DNA of 64,000 nucleotides, taken from NCBI GenBank assembly GCA_963662465.1, contig OY759599.1:4256001-4320000 (forward strand), read 5' to 3'. Positions 30,137 through 40,505 of this stretch are shown here, piece after piece. The translations under genes and the position numbers were made by a program. Source of the stretch: Desulfatiglandales bacterium. Lineage in GTDB: Bacteria > Desulfobacterota > DSM-4660 > Desulfatiglandales > Desulfatiglandaceae. The notes below the pieces were generated by a model. That model ran no database searches, was not told where the DNA came from, and saw only the letters and a list, made by a program, of their open reading frames with translations. Positions within the stretch are counted from its first letter, which is position 1. Each line of letters opens with the position of its first letter.

Positions 30137-30805
30137 TTGCACATGGATAAGGAAACACGCATCAACAATAGATTGCCTTTTGCAAGAGAAGGATTCCCGT
30201 TTATTTTCACTGGGATCGGAATTACCATTTTCTTTGCCTGGCTCGGTCTGACAACGCTCACCCTTATTGCCTGCGCCATTGCCCTCTTCGTTCTTTACTT
30301 TTTCAGGGATCCCGAACGGCATCATTCGGGACCCAAAAACGCCGTGCTGACGCCTGCGGATGGACGGATTCTGGAGATCAAAAAATTAGACGGTAAAAAC
30401 AGTCCATTAGGCCAACCGGCCATCAAAGTATCTATTTTCATGTCCATTTTTAATGTCCATGTCAACCGGATCCCCATTCAGGGAATCGTCAAAAACATCT
30501 CCTATCATCCGGGAAAATTTCTTTCAGCCAACCTGGACAAAGCGTCGGAGCAAAATGAAAATAACCGAGTTACATTGAAAACAATTGATGCCAAGGAAAT
30601 CATGGTCATCCAGATCGCCGGATTAATCGCAAGACGCATTGCCTGCTGGATTGATGAAAGGGACACAGTTGAAACCGGACAGAGATTCGGTCTTATCCGC
30701 TTTGGTTCCAGACTCGAGGTTTTTCTGCCTGCGGACAGCAACATCACTATCCAGGTTCGACAAAAAGTTAAAGCAGGGGAGACGGTTATCGGCTATCTTC
30801 AATAA
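30137..30805 (+). CDS. psd: Phosphatidylserine decarboxylase proenzyme
   Basis: FFRDPER, TPADG, IFMSIFNVHVNR, QIAGLIARRI, RFGSR cleavage site. Confidence 0.92.
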   Translation: MHMDKETRINNRLPFAREGFPFIFTGIGITIFFAWLGLTTLTLIACAIALFVLYFFRDPERHHSGPKNAVLTPADGRILEIKKLDGKNSPLGQPAIKVSIFMSIFNVHVNRIPIQGIVKNISYHPGKFLSANLDKASEQNENNRVTLKTIDAKEIMVIQIAGLIARRIACWIDERDTVETGQRFGLIRFGSRLEVFLPADSNITIQVRQKVKAGETVIGYLQ

Positions 30806-30806
30806 G

Positions 30807-31367
30807 ATGAAAATAACCGGCGGCCAAATAAAAGGGAGGAAACTTGCAGCACCCAAGGATCTTGAAATTCGCCCCACCGGCAACAAGGTACGCGAAGCGA
30901 TCTTCAATATCATCGGACAAAATCTTTTCGGTTACCGGGTACTGGATCTGTTTGCAGGCACTGGCCTTCTCGGCATCGAGTCACTCAGTCGAGGCGCCGC
31001 CCGTGCCGTCTTTGTTGATCATGCAAAACAATCCGTTGCACTGATAAGGAAAAACCTCGCGCTATGCGGGTATGAAAATACAGGGTTTATATGTAAATGG
31101 AATTTGTCAAAGGGGCTTCCCAGGAGTAAACCCTTCCTCAATACCACTTATGATCTGGTTTTTCTCGATCCACCCTATGCAAGCCATCCGGCGCCCGGGT
31201 TAGTCGAGGATCTTTCCCGTTCGGAGCAGTTGGCGCCCGGGGCACTGATAATTTTGGAAACCGCAAAGACCGTAGAGACAAAGCATGCCGTGTCTCTACC
31301 TTTGATTGAAACCCGAATTTATGGGGATACCAAACTCAGTATCTTTAAAAAAAAGGAACCTTCATGA
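30807..31367 (+). CDS. rsmD: 16S rRNA m2G966 methyltransferase
   Basis: Start MKITGGQIKGRKL; RPT, VLDLFAGTG, FLDPPY. Confidence 0.92.
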   Translation: MKITGGQIKGRKLAAPKDLEIRPTGNKVREAIFNIIGQNLFGYRVLDLFAGTGLLGIESLSRGAARAVFVDHAKQSVALIRKNLALCGYENTGFICKWNLSKGLPRSKPFLNTTYDLVFLDPPYASHPAPGLVEDLSRSEQLAPGALIILETAKTVETKHAVSLPLIETRIYGDTKLSIFKKKEPS

Positions 31368-31861
31368 GAAAAAATATCGCTGTTTATCCCGGCTTTTTCG
31401 ACCCTATCACCAATGGACATCTCAGCGTTGTTTCAAGGGGATTGGAAATATTTGATAAATTGATTATCGCCATTTTGAACAATCCTAAAAAAGTCCCCCT
31501 CTTTTCCATCGAAGAGAGAATCGACATGATTGAGAAAGCCGTCCATAAGGATTCAAGAATAGAAGTGGATACTTTCGATGGTCTGTTGGTGGACTATGTG
31601 ATCCACAAAGATTCCAATGTGGTTCTGCGGGGATTGCGCGCCCTTTCCGATTTTGAATATGAATTCCAGATGGCCCTTATGAACCGAAAACTTAACCGCG
31701 ACGTGCAATCTATTTTTCTAATGACGGATTATAAATGGTTTTATATCAGTTCGACGATTATCAAAGAGGCGGCAAGCTTTGGCGGCGACGTCAGCGGCCT
31801 GGTCCCAGAAATCGTCAACCATAACCTGAAAGAAAAGTTCCAAAAGACAAATAACACTTGA
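31364..31861 (+). CDS. coaD: Phosphopantetheine adenylyltransferase
   Basis: YPGFFDPITNGH, RGLRALSDFEYE, ISSTIIKE. Confidence 0.95.
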   Translation: MRKNIAVYPGFFDPITNGHLSVVSRGLEIFDKLIIAILNNPKKVPLFSIEERIDMIEKAVHKDSRIEVDTFDGLLVDYVIHKDSNVVLRGLRALSDFEYEFQMALMNRKLNRDVQSIFLMTDYKWFYISSTIIKEAASFGGDVSGLVPEIVNHNLKEKFQKTNNT

Positions 31862-31998
31862 CACTCTTTTCGCCATAAGCCATATTCATCGTTGATAAAA
31901 TTGGATATTACAGATGATTTATCAGCATGAAAAAATATAATAAATCGAACTATAGATTTCTGAAGTCTCTTTCGAGAGACCACGTAGGAGGATCAACG

Positions 31999-32283
31999 GT
32001 GGCCCTCACCAAAGAAAAAATTATTGATGATATTTATCATCAGGTCGGACTCAGCAAAAGCCAATCCAGAATTGCAGCAGAAGGGCTCCTTGAAATCATT
32101 AAGGATACCCTGGAGAACGGAGAGGATCTTTTGATCAGCGGTTTCGGAAAATTTCTAGTGAAAGAAAAGTCATCACGGCGCGGCAGAAACCCACAGACCA
32201 CGGAAGACCTGCAACTGAGGGCCAGAAGGGTCGTGGTATTCAAAACGTCGGGCGTTCTTCGAGATAAAATCAATGCGGGTTAG
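31999..32283 (+). CDS. ihfA: Integration host factor subunit alpha-like protein
   Basis: GTG start after AGGAGG: (M)ALTKEKI..., ISGFGKF, RRGRNPQT, ARRVVVFKTS..LRDKIN. Confidence 0.85.
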   Translation: MALTKEKIIDDIYHQVGLSKSQSRIAAEGLLEIIKDTLENGEDLLISGFGKFLVKEKSSRRGRNPQTTEDLQLRARRVVVFKTSGVLRDKINAG

Positions 32284-32297
32284 GGGAGGAAACATCA

Positions 32298-32323
32298 GGG
32301 CAGGCACGGGGGCCTGCCCCTAC
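32298..32323 (-). repeat. GTAG-type REP-like palindrome between converging ihf and merR
   Basis: Minus strand GTAG GGGCAGGC CCCCGT GCCTGCCC. Confidence 0.7.
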
Positions 32324-32646
32324 AATAAAATTTTCAATATTTGGTATAATTCTGTTTTTATTTCTTCGATAACCGAATCCAGATCGGCTGTTTTGTCGGA
32401 ACTCTCGCCCTTAAATCGAAGTCTGGCGCCTTCAATAGTCATCTTCTCATCATAAAGCAGCCGTTTAATTTCAACGAGGGTTTCTAAGTCTTGTTTCTGG
32501 TAGGTTCTCTGATTGGAATCGGCCCTTTGAGGCCTGATTTGGGGAAATTCGCTCTCCCAGTACCGCAGGACATACGGCTCAACGCCTACAATACGACTCG
32601 CCTCTCCAATACGGAAGTACTTTCTGTTTTCAGGAATCCGGACCAT
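32320..32646 (-). CDS. MerR family transcriptional regulator (pheT-associated type)
   Basis: YFRIGEAS, YVLRYWESEFP, LLYDEKMTIEGAR. Confidence 0.9.
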   Translation of the reverse strand: MVRIPENRKYFRIGEASRIVGVEPYVLRYWESEFPQIRPQRADSNQRTYQKQDLETLVEIKRLLYDEKMTIEGARLRFKGESSDKTADLDSVIEEIKTELYQILKILL

Positions 32647-32652
32647 ATTTTA

Positions 32653-35067
32653 TTAGCCCTCCCTTAATCTACCTCCTGTCTTCCGGCTGATTGTTTCGAC
32701 AATCGATTCATGCAAACGATTTATCTCTTCACCATCAAGGGTCCCATGATCTGATCGAAAAGAAAGGTTAAAGGAGATGGCCTTTTCCGATGGATCAATC
32801 CTTTCTCCCTCATAAAGGTCAAAAACATGGACGGATTCAAGAAGACTGCTCCCCTCTTCCCGGATAATATCCGCGATAACGGCACACGGGGTCCGGCGAT
32901 CCAACACCAACGAGAGATCTCGATGAACAGCAGGAAACCTGCCAAAGGGAATAAACGTCCTTTTTTCAGGCAGAACAGCCAATAGCGCCGACACATCAAG
33001 TTCGAAAAGACAGACATGTTTCATTTTCAGGTCATAGGCCTCAATCGCCTTAGAAGAGGCAACGCCAACCTGACCAATACGCACATCCGCACAATAAATC
33101 CCGGACGAAACTTCCTCGTGATATCCCGGAAGATCCTTTCCCCATTCGAACCGAAACGCCTTAAGACCCAACCCCTTCAGCAGCGCCGTCACTGTTCCTT
33201 TGACATCATAAAAATCAACGGGCCGCTCTTCGTTATACCAGCGTTTTTCAGTGTTCATGCCGGTCATAATACCGGCCAGAAAGATTTTCTCAAGGGGTTG
33301 GAGATCGTTTTCCTTCTCAAAGAAAACCTTTCCCCATTCAAAAAGCTTAAGATTCCCTATTTCATGAAGGATATTGTACCTGGCCGCTTCCATAAGCCCC
33401 GGAATCAGGGAGGTCCGCAACACGGACTGATCCACGGTAAGCGGATTCATAATGGCGGTAAAAGATTTTAAGGACCCGGGTGCATCCCCAACAAGACCAT
33501 TGACGGAATCAGGAGAAACAAAGCTATAGGTGATGATTTCAGAAAAACAAAGTCCCGTCATCATGGTCCTGACGTTGTCGCGAAGTAAAAGGTCAGGGGA
33601 CTCCGCCCCTTCGGAAGGCCTGATTTTAGGTGAAATCACGGGGATATTATCGAACCCATGGAGTCTGGCCACCTCTTCCACCAGGTCCACTTCCCGCTTG
33701 ATATCCACCCTGAACGAAGGTGGGGTCACGCAAAAATCATGATTCGAATCTTCCTCAATCCTCATTTCAAGAGCATCAAAGTAACCTTTCATGGCCTTCT
33801 TTGGAATGGCGGTCCCCAGAATACCATTGGCTTTATCCGGTCGGAAAGAAATACAAGGCGCCGCATAAGGTTTAGGATAGTTGTCAATAATACCTGTTGC
33901 GGTTATCCCTCCCGCCAGCAGGTTTATCAAATAAAGAGCACGATTGAGGGCTGCCGGCACGCCGCCGATATCGGCGCCCCTTTCGAACCGATAGGAAGCT
34001 TCAGTGGTCAACCCCAGCCGTTTTGACCCTCGGCGAATGGTGATGGGATCGAAAAAGGCACTTTCCACCAGGATATTTCGGGTCCCATCATGAATTTCCG
34101 AGTTGAGCCCTCCCATAATGCCGGCCAACCCAACGGGCGCCCGGCCGTCGCAAATCAGCAGCATTTCCGGGTCCAGGTTCCGCTCCACCCCATCCAGGGT
34201 TGTGAAGCGCTCGCCTTCTTCCGCACGCCGAACTTCGATTCGATTCTCACCCAGCCTGTCATAATCGAAGGCATGAAGGGGTTGCCCCATTTCCAGCATC
34301 ACATAGTTGCTCACATCCACCAGGTTGCTGATACTTCGAACCCCGGACTGAAACAGCCGATAGCGCATCCAAAATGGCGCCGGCGCCAGAGAGACATTCT
34401 GGACAACCGCCGCGGCGTAACGGGGACACCCGTCCGGATCTTTGACGGAAATATTCGTCAGGCTCTCAATGGCAGGCCCCATGGCATCCACGCGGGCATC
34501 TACACTTTTAAGCGGTTTTCCCGTGTTGGCGGCAATCTCTCTGGCAATCCCCAAAACACTGGCACAATCGGGTCTGTTGGGGGTAATACTCACATCAAAA
34601 ACCCAATCGGGAAAGGACAGCAGTGAAGACAGGGAGTCCCCGGGTGTCGCACTTTCGGGAAGAATCATAACGCCTGCGTGATCATCGGTCAGACCCATTT
34701 CATCTTCCGCCAGGAGCATCCCCTTGGAAATTTCGCCCCGAATACGGCTTTCTTTCATTTTGCTGCCGTCCGGCAGTTTTCCACCCGGGAGGATCAGCGG
34801 CGCCAAAATCCCTTCGGCCACATTGGGCGCGCCGCAAACCACGGAAATGGTTTCCGTTCCGGTATCGACACGGCAGAGGGACAGGCGATCGGCATTGGGA
34901 TGGGGCATCACCTCGACAATCCCGGCCACCTGAACATCATCCAGGCATTGGCCCACGACCTCAATCCCTTCCACTTCCAGACCCGCCATGGTGAGAAGAT
35001 GGCCGAGTCTCTCGGGAGAAAGGTCAATATCAACGTACTCTTTCAACCAGTTTAAGCTTACCTTCAT
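32653..35067 (-). CDS. pheT: Phenylalanine--tRNA ligase beta subunit
   Basis: MKVSLNWL, HPNADRL, VVCGAPNV, ITPNRPDC, GQPLHAFD, RFERG. Confidence 0.97.
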   Translation of the reverse strand: MKVSLNWLKEYVDIDLSPERLGHLLTMAGLEVEGIEVVGQCLDDVQVAGIVEVMPHPNADRLSLCRVDTGTETISVVCGAPNVAEGILAPLILPGGKLPDGSKMKESRIRGEISKGMLLAEDEMGLTDDHAGVMILPESATPGDSLSSLLSFPDWVFDVSITPNRPDCASVLGIAREIAANTGKPLKSVDARVDAMGPAIESLTNISVKDPDGCPRYAAAVVQNVSLAPAPFWMRYRLFQSGVRSISNLVDVSNYVMLEMGQPLHAFDYDRLGENRIEVRRAEEGERFTTLDGVERNLDPEMLLICDGRAPVGLAGIMGGLNSEIHDGTRNILVESAFFDPITIRRGSKRLGLTTEASYRFERGADIGGVPAALNRALYLINLLAGGITATGIIDNYPKPYAAPCISFRPDKANGILGTAIPKKAMKGYFDALEMRIEEDSNHDFCVTPPSFRVDIKREVDLVEEVARLHGFDNIPVISPKIRPSEGAESPDLLLRDNVRTMMTGLCFSEIITYSFVSPDSVNGLVGDAPGSLKSFTAIMNPLTVDQSVLRTSLIPGLMEAARYNILHEIGNLKLFEWGKVFFEKENDLQPLEKIFLAGIMTGMNTEKRWYNEERPVDFYDVKGTVTALLKGLGLKAFRFEWGKDLPGYHEEVSSGIYCADVRIGQVGVASSKAIEAYDLKMKHVCLFELDVSALLAVLPEKRTFIPFGRFPAVHRDLSLVLDRRTPCAVIADIIREEGSSLLESVHVFDLYEGERIDPSEKAISFNLSFRSDHGTLDGEEINRLHESIVETISRKTGGRLREG

Positions 35068-35086
35068 GGATTATACTCTGAAAAAA

Positions 35087-35115
35087 GCCGTTAGCGGTTA
35101 GCCATTAGCGGTTAG
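35087..35115. repeat. Heptamer tandem repeat GC(C/G)(G/A)TTA x4 spanning the pheS stop
   Basis: GCCGTTA GCGGTTA GCCATTA GCGGTTA. Confidence 0.8.
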
Positions 35116-36119
35116 AATTGGTTTAAAAAACGCATATCATTCTTGAAGAACAGTTGAATATCATCAATCCCATATTTCAACATGGCAATTCGCTCAATGC
35201 CCATGCCAAAGGCAAAACCGCTGTATACATCGGGATCATAGCCTACAAAACCGTATACTTCCGGATCCACCATGCCGGAACCCAATATTTCCAGCCATCC
35301 CGTATGGGAACATGTCCGGCACCCTTTGCCCCCACACATAACACATCGGATATCCACCTCGGCGCTGGGTTCCGTAAACGGAAAAAAGCTGGGTCTGAAA
35401 CGCAGGCGCGTATCGCTGCCGAACATCTGGTGAATAAAATGGGTGAGGGTCCCCTTTAACTCAGCAAAACAAACATTGTGATCCACCAGCAGCCCCTCGA
35501 CCTGATGGAACATGGGCGTATGGGACACATCCGAATCACGTCGGTATACTTTTCCCGGCGCAATAACACTGACAGGGGGCTGCTGGGTTTCCATAACGCG
35601 AACCTGAATCGGGGACGTATGGGTTCTTAAAACCACGTTTTCGGATATATAAAACGTATCCTGCATATCCCTTGCCGGGTGGTCTTTGGGCAGGTTCAGC
35701 GCCTCAAAATTGTAATAGTCCAACTCAACATTGGGACCTTTAACCACCCGGAATCCCATCCGTGAAAAAATTCGGCACACCTCTTTGATCACCAGGGTTA
35801 TGGGATGCAGATGCCCATAAAGGGGCTCTCTGCCAGGCAGGGTCACATCGACAAAAGAGGATTCTTCGCCATTTCGGGCTTCCAGAAAAGTTTTAGTCTC
35901 CTGGAACCGGCGAGACAGATTTACCTTGATCTGATTTGCCAGTTTTCCAACTTCAGGACGTTCTTCACGGCTAAGTCCACCCAGACTTTTCATCATGGAT
36001 GTCAGGGCGCCTTTTTTCCCCAGGTATTTGATCCGAAACGGCTCAAGCGCGGACGGATCAACAATGGCCCCAATTTCATCATTGGCGCGTTTTTCCAGTT
36101 CCAGAAGTTGATCTTTCAT
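35112..36119 (-). CDS. pheS: Phenylalanine--tRNA ligase alpha subunit
   Basis: [41 protein letters not shown]. Confidence 0.98.
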   Translation of the reverse strand: MKDQLLELEKRANDEIGAIVDPSALEPFRIKYLGKKGALTSMMKSLGGLSREERPEVGKLANQIKVNLSRRFQETKTFLEARNGEESSFVDVTLPGREPLYGHLHPITLVIKEVCRIFSRMGFRVVKGPNVELDYYNFEALNLPKDHPARDMQDTFYISENVVLRTHTSPIQVRVMETQQPPVSVIAPGKVYRRDSDVSHTPMFHQVEGLLVDHNVCFAELKGTLTHFIHQMFGSDTRLRFRPSFFPFTEPSAEVDIRCVMCGGKGCRTCSHTGWLEILGSGMVDPEVYGFVGYDPDVYSGFAFGMGIERIAMLKYGIDDIQLFFKNDMRFLNQF

Positions 36120-36139
36120 GGCCTTATCCGTTACGTCCG

Positions 36140-36484
36140 TTACGCAGCCATTCCGGCTACCTTGGCAAACCCCGCCGGATCATTAACCGCCATATCCGCC
36201 AGCACCTTTCGATCCAGAAGAATGCCCGCCTTATTAAGCGCACCCATCAACCGGCTGTAGGAAAGTCCATGGGCACGGGCTGCCGCATTGATCCTGATAA
36301 TCCACAACTTTCGAAATTCACGTTTTCGGACTCTGCGGTCGCGGTATTCATACACCCCGGCCCGCATTACGGCGCTTTCAGCAGTCCTATACTGCTTACT
36401 GTGCCCGCCCCGAAATCCCTTTGCCGCCTTCAATACTTTGTTTCGTCTTCTTCTGGCTTTAAAGCCTCTCTTAACCCTTGGCAT
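36140..36484 (-). CDS. rplT: 50S ribosomal protein L20
   Basis: [23 protein letters not shown]. Confidence 0.97.
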   Translation of the reverse strand: MPRVKRGFKARRRRNKVLKAAKGFRGGHSKQYRTAESAVMRAGVYEYRDRRVRKREFRKLWIIRINAAARAHGLSYSRLMGALNKAGILLDRKVLADMAVNDPAGFAKVAGMAA

Positions 36485-36539
36485 GGCAATACCTCTTTGT
36501 TGCAATTATTCATTCAAAAATTCGTATGGAAAGCAAAGA

Positions 36540-36737
36540 CTAGCGATACGGAATCATCCTCTGAACATTTCTCAGATTCGCTGAATCCAGCAAACCTGAC
36601 TTTCGAAGGTTCCGCTTCCTCTTGGTACTTTTTTTGGTGAGAATATGACTCGAAAAGGCCTTGTTCCTCACAATTTTGCCCGAACCGGTGGTTCTAAACC
36701 GCTTGGCCGCTCCGCGGTTGGTCTTCATTTTCGGCAT
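36540..36737 (-). CDS. rpmI: 50S ribosomal protein L35
   Basis: [26 protein letters not shown]. Confidence 0.97.
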   Translation of the reverse strand: MPKMKTNRGAAKRFRTTGSGKIVRNKAFSSHILTKKSTKRKRNLRKSGLLDSANLRNVQRMIPYR

Positions 36738-36780
36738 TACCTACCTCCATCACTGCATACGGTCCTTAAAAGGAAAAACA

Positions 36781-36808
36781 GCAGAGACAAGGCATGCCTT
36801 GTCTCTAC
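36781..36808 (-). repeat. GTAG-type REP-like palindrome between infC and rpmI
   Basis: Minus strand GTAGAGACAAGGCATGCCTTGTCTCTGC. Confidence 0.7.
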
Positions 36809-36844
36809 GGTGCAAAACCCAAAAGGACCTAAATTGTCGGTTTG

Positions 36845-37363
36845 TTATTTTGGAACAATGACCATGGTCATTCGGTTCCGGGCCTCCCTGGCAGGAGGCT
36901 GGTCTACAGTTCCGACATCCGAAACATCTTCAGCCACCCGTTTCAAAAGGTCATCTCCGGCTTTCATAAACGCCATCTCCCGCCCACGGAAAAAGACGCT
37001 CACTTTCACCCGGTGTTTCTTTTCCAGAAATTTTTTCAGGTTTTTGACCTTGAATCCAAGATCGTGATCTTCAGTATGAGGCCTCAGCTTAATTTCCTTC
37101 ATCTGGCCTCCCTTGGTTTTCTTGCGCGCCTCCTGGACCTTCTTGCTTGCCTCGTACCGGAACTTACCGTAATCCATTACGCGACAAACCGGTGGTTCAG
37201 AATTCGGCGCCACCTCAACCAGATCCAATCCTTCAGTTTTAGCCTGGATCAAGGCGTCCTCAAGGGTCAAAATACCCAGCTGCTCTCCTTCGGCGGAGAT
37301 CAGCCTCACCTGCCTGGTGTGGATCTTCTCATTGATCCTTACGTCGTCAGATTTTTTTCTTAT
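36845..37363 (-). CDS. infC: Translation initiation factor IF-3 (probable ATA start)
   Basis: [37 protein letters not shown] at 37372-37377 lies 8 nt from ATA (37363) but only 2 nt from ATG (37369). Confidence 0.95.
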   Translation of the reverse strand: MRKKSDDVRINEKIHTRQVRLISAEGEQLGILTLEDALIQAKTEGLDLVEVAPNSEPPVCRVMDYGKFRYEASKKVQEARKKTKGGQMKEIKLRPHTEDHDLGFKVKNLKKFLEKKHRVKVSVFFRGREMAFMKAGDDLLKRVAEDVSDVGTVDQPPAREARNRMTMVIVPK

Positions 37364-39282
37364 TGCCATTCCCTCCTCTGTATACACTCCTTGGTAATCA
37401 GGTCAATAAACTCACTCGCACCCATCAATGAAAGATTTTGACCATTCCTTTTTCTTGGGGTTACACCGTTATTATCGCATTCTTTGTCCCCAATAATCAA
37501 CATATAAGGAATCTTTCTTACCTGGGCCTCCCTGACCTTGAGGCCCAACTTCTCATTTCTGAAATCGGACGTAACGCGAATACCCGCCGAAACCAGGTCC
37601 TTGGCCAGCTTTTCACCAAACGGAATATTTCGGTCGGTTACCGTAAGAATAGCCGCCTGCACAGGAGCCAACCAGGTGGGAAAAGCACCGGCATAATGCT
37701 CTATCAGCACACCAATAAAGCGCTCAATCGCACCAAGTATCACCCGATGAATCATAACAGGCCGATGTTTTTCACCATCTTTACCAATAAAGGCAAGGTC
37801 AAACTTTTCAGGAAGCGTAAAGTCACATTGGATCGTCGCACATTGCCACTTCCGACCCAGTGCATCTTCAAGCTTGACATCGATCTTGGGGCCATAAAAG
37901 GCGCCATCGCCTTCATTAATCTCATACTTCAATTGAAGCTCATCCATGGCTTTGATCAGGGCCTGGGTCGCCAGTTCCCAATCCTCATCGGAACCAATGG
38001 ATTTTTTGGGGCGCGTACTGATCTCCAGTTCATAATCGAACTGAAAAATCCCCATCACTTCCCTGACAAAATCAAGGACGCCTTTGATCTCGTTATTGAG
38101 CTGTTCAGGCGTACAGATGATGTGAGCATCATCCTGAGTAAATTCCCGCACTCGAAAAAGACCGCGTAAAACCCCTGATCGTTCGTGCCGGTGAACCGTC
38201 CCCAATTCAAAATAACGCTTGGGCAGGTCACGGTAACTCCTGATTTTGGAACCGTAAATCAGCATGTGAGCGAGACAATTCATCGGTTTCATGCCATAAG
38301 ATTGCCCGTCAATTTCAGTAAAGTACATATTCTCGCGGTAATTGTCAAAATGGCCGGATTTTTTCCATAAATCCGTCTTCAGGACCTCCGGGCCTCTCAC
38401 CAGCTCATACCCTCGCTTGAGATGTTCCGAAATCTCGAAACTCTCCAGAAGGTGACGCAACATGGCGCCGTTGGGATGCCAAACCACCATTCCCGCACCC
38501 ACCTCTTCATAGGTGCTGAAAAGTTCCAGCTGAGTCCCCAATTTCACATGGTTCCGCTTTCGGGCCTCTTCCAACATATGAAGATGCTTTTTCAATTGTT
38601 TTGTGTCTGAAAATCCAACGCCGTAGATGCGGCTCAACATGGGTCGATGCTCATCGCCCCGCCAGTACGCCCCGGCGACCTTGGTCAGATGAAAGGCCTT
38701 GATCATGCCCGTGGAAGGAAGATGCGGTCCTCGACACAGATCCGTAAAACTCCCCTGAGTATAAAGGGACACCCTTTCCACCCCAAGGTCTTCAATAATT
38801 TCGACTTTGTAATCCTCACCCTGCCCAGTGAAGAATGCTACGGCTTCAGGACTATCCATCTCTTTCCGGGTAAAAGGAAGATCTGCTTGGATAATCTCAT
38901 TCATCTTCTCTTCAACACGGGGAAGGTCATCTTCTCTGAAAGGCCGTTTGTAATCAAAATCGTAGTAAAAGCCATATTTTATGGAAGGCCCAATGGTTAC
39001 TTTCACACCGGGGAACAGTTCCTTAACAGCCATCGCCATCACATGTGAAGTGCTGTGCCGAAGAATTTCCAAACCCTCGTCGGAATGCAGGTAAATGGGT
39101 TCCAGTGCCGAGTTCTGATCTATCTCAGTCGAAAGATCGCAAGGGATGCCGTTCACCTTCACCGCCGTCACCCGGTCCAACCCACCCACTTTCAGGTATT
39201 CCAACGCCCCCAGAGCCGACAGGGTTTCCGCCTCCACCTGTTCAACAGCCTTACCTTTTATACCAACAGAATATACCTTCAT
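37360..39282 (-). CDS. thrS: Threonine--tRNA ligase
   Basis: [38 protein letters not shown]; start placed at MKVYSV (39294 is an alternative). Confidence 0.97.
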   Translation of the reverse strand: MKVYSVGIKGKAVEQVEAETLSALGALEYLKVGGLDRVTAVKVNGIPCDLSTEIDQNSALEPIYLHSDEGLEILRHSTSHVMAMAVKELFPGVKVTIGPSIKYGFYYDFDYKRPFREDDLPRVEEKMNEIIQADLPFTRKEMDSPEAVAFFTGQGEDYKVEIIEDLGVERVSLYTQGSFTDLCRGPHLPSTGMIKAFHLTKVAGAYWRGDEHRPMLSRIYGVGFSDTKQLKKHLHMLEEARKRNHVKLGTQLELFSTYEEVGAGMVVWHPNGAMLRHLLESFEISEHLKRGYELVRGPEVLKTDLWKKSGHFDNYRENMYFTEIDGQSYGMKPMNCLAHMLIYGSKIRSYRDLPKRYFELGTVHRHERSGVLRGLFRVREFTQDDAHIICTPEQLNNEIKGVLDFVREVMGIFQFDYELEISTRPKKSIGSDEDWELATQALIKAMDELQLKYEINEGDGAFYGPKIDVKLEDALGRKWQCATIQCDFTLPEKFDLAFIGKDGEKHRPVMIHRVILGAIERFIGVLIEHYAGAFPTWLAPVQAAILTVTDRNIPFGEKLAKDLVSAGIRVTSDFRNEKLGLKVREAQVRKIPYMLIIGDKECDNNGVTPRKRNGQNLSLMGASEFIDLITKECIQRREWQ

Positions 39283-39305
39283 TACAATAACCATCAAAGA
39301 AAATA

Positions 39306-39340
39306 AGGCGTCTGACTGAAGGACAAATGCAGCCAAGCCT
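39306..39340 (-). promoter_or_regulatory. Hairpin in the thrS leader with a UGU (Thr anticodon-like) loop
   Basis: Minus strand AGGC UUGGCUG cauuUGUccuu CAGUCAG ac GCCU. Confidence 0.5.
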
Positions 39341-39566
39341 GAAAATATCCAGACTTTATAAACAATAACATTATGAAATGCAAGCAAAAAATATCCAACA
39401 ACCGGACCCTCATTCAGGACCAACGCTGTGCCGTCTAAAATCAGAACAACCCTCATCAGAGAACTCATTTTTTCAAGACAATGAAAAAGTTCGTTGAAAA
39501 ATATCATTAAAAAAACTAGGCTCCACTATATTCCGGTTCTCCGGATGCGAATAACGAGAGGTCAAA

Positions 39567-40505
39567 ATGGTCCGATACGCTTTACGGCTTATCACCGCCG
39601 CCCCAAAAACAGTCCCACTGACCTTTTTTTTCTTCATGGCAAGCCTTTTTTTTCTTCAGGGGCAACCGCCAACCGCCAGGACGGTAGAGGACGAACTGGG
39701 CCGGAAGATGAGCGTGCCGGATAGCCTTAAACGGGTTGTTTCCCTGGCGCCCAGCATTACCGAAATCGTCTTTGCCCTGGGAAAGGAGAATCTTTTGAAA
39801 GGGGTCACGCGGTTCAGCGATTTTCCGGCAGCAGCAGAAAAGTTACCCCGTGTAGGCTCCTATGTTCACCTGGATCTTGAAAAAATCGTGGCCCTGAAAC
39901 CGGATCTTTGCATCGGCATAAAGGATGGAAACCCCATTGCGGTGGTCAGGAAACTGGAAAGATTGGGCATACCCGTTTATGCCGTGGACCCCAAAAACCT
40001 CGAAGCCATTCTTGAAACCATTATTCAACTGGGCCATCTCCTCGGCGCCGATCAAAAGGCACACGCTATCGTTTCCAAAGTGAGGGCCCGGGTGGAACGG
40101 GTAAAATCCATGGTGGCCGTATCGCCCCGCAAACCCCGTGTGTTTTTTCAGATCGGCGTCTCACCCATTGTTTCCGCGGGCACCCAAACCTATATTCATG
40201 AATTGATCGTCATGGCCGGCGGCAAAAATCTTTCAGAAGGCCCCGTCGCCTATCCAAGGTACAGCCGCGAACAGGTGCTGGGCCTTTCCCCTGAAGTATT
40301 GATTATCACCTCCATGGCCAGGGGCGCCAGCTTCGAACGGGTCAAAGAGCAATGGCGCAAATGGCCGTCAATACCCGCTGTTCGAGACAACCGCATCCTG
40401 CTTCTGGACTCCAATCTCTGCGACCGACCAACACCCAGGTTTGTTGACGCTCTGGAACGTCTTGCCGAAGCGATTCACCCGGAACTCTACAGGAAAAAAC
40501 CGTGA
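39567..40505 (+). CDS. Cobalamin/Fe-chelate ABC transporter substrate-binding protein (BtuF-like)
   Basis: RVVSLAPSITEIVFALG, LEKIVALKPDL, RPTPR. Confidence 0.85.
   Translation: MVRYALRLITAAPKTVPLTFFFFMASLFFLQGQPPTARTVEDELGRKMSVPDSLKRVVSLAPSITEIVFALGKENLLKGVTRFSDFPAAAEKLPRVGSYVHLDLEKIVALKPDLCIGIKDGNPIAVVRKLERLGIPVYAVDPKNLEAILETIIQLGHLLGADQKAHAIVSKVRARVERVKSMVAVSPRKPRVFFQIGVSPIVSAGTQTYIHELIVMAGGKNLSEGPVAYPRYSREQVLGLSPEVLIITSMARGASFERVKEQWRKWPSIPAVRDNRILLLDSNLCDRPTPRFVDALERLAEAIHPELYRKKP

Noticed and set aside
39295..39507. 75-aa N-terminal extension of ThrS in the ORF track
   Set aside because: It is AT-rich sequence covering the leader hairpin and divergent promoter; ThrS-like sequence begins near MKVYSV.
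39341..39566. Cobalamin riboswitch upstream of the btuF-like gene
   Set aside because: No B12-box or GGGAA/GCCACTG core motifs could be found by eye.
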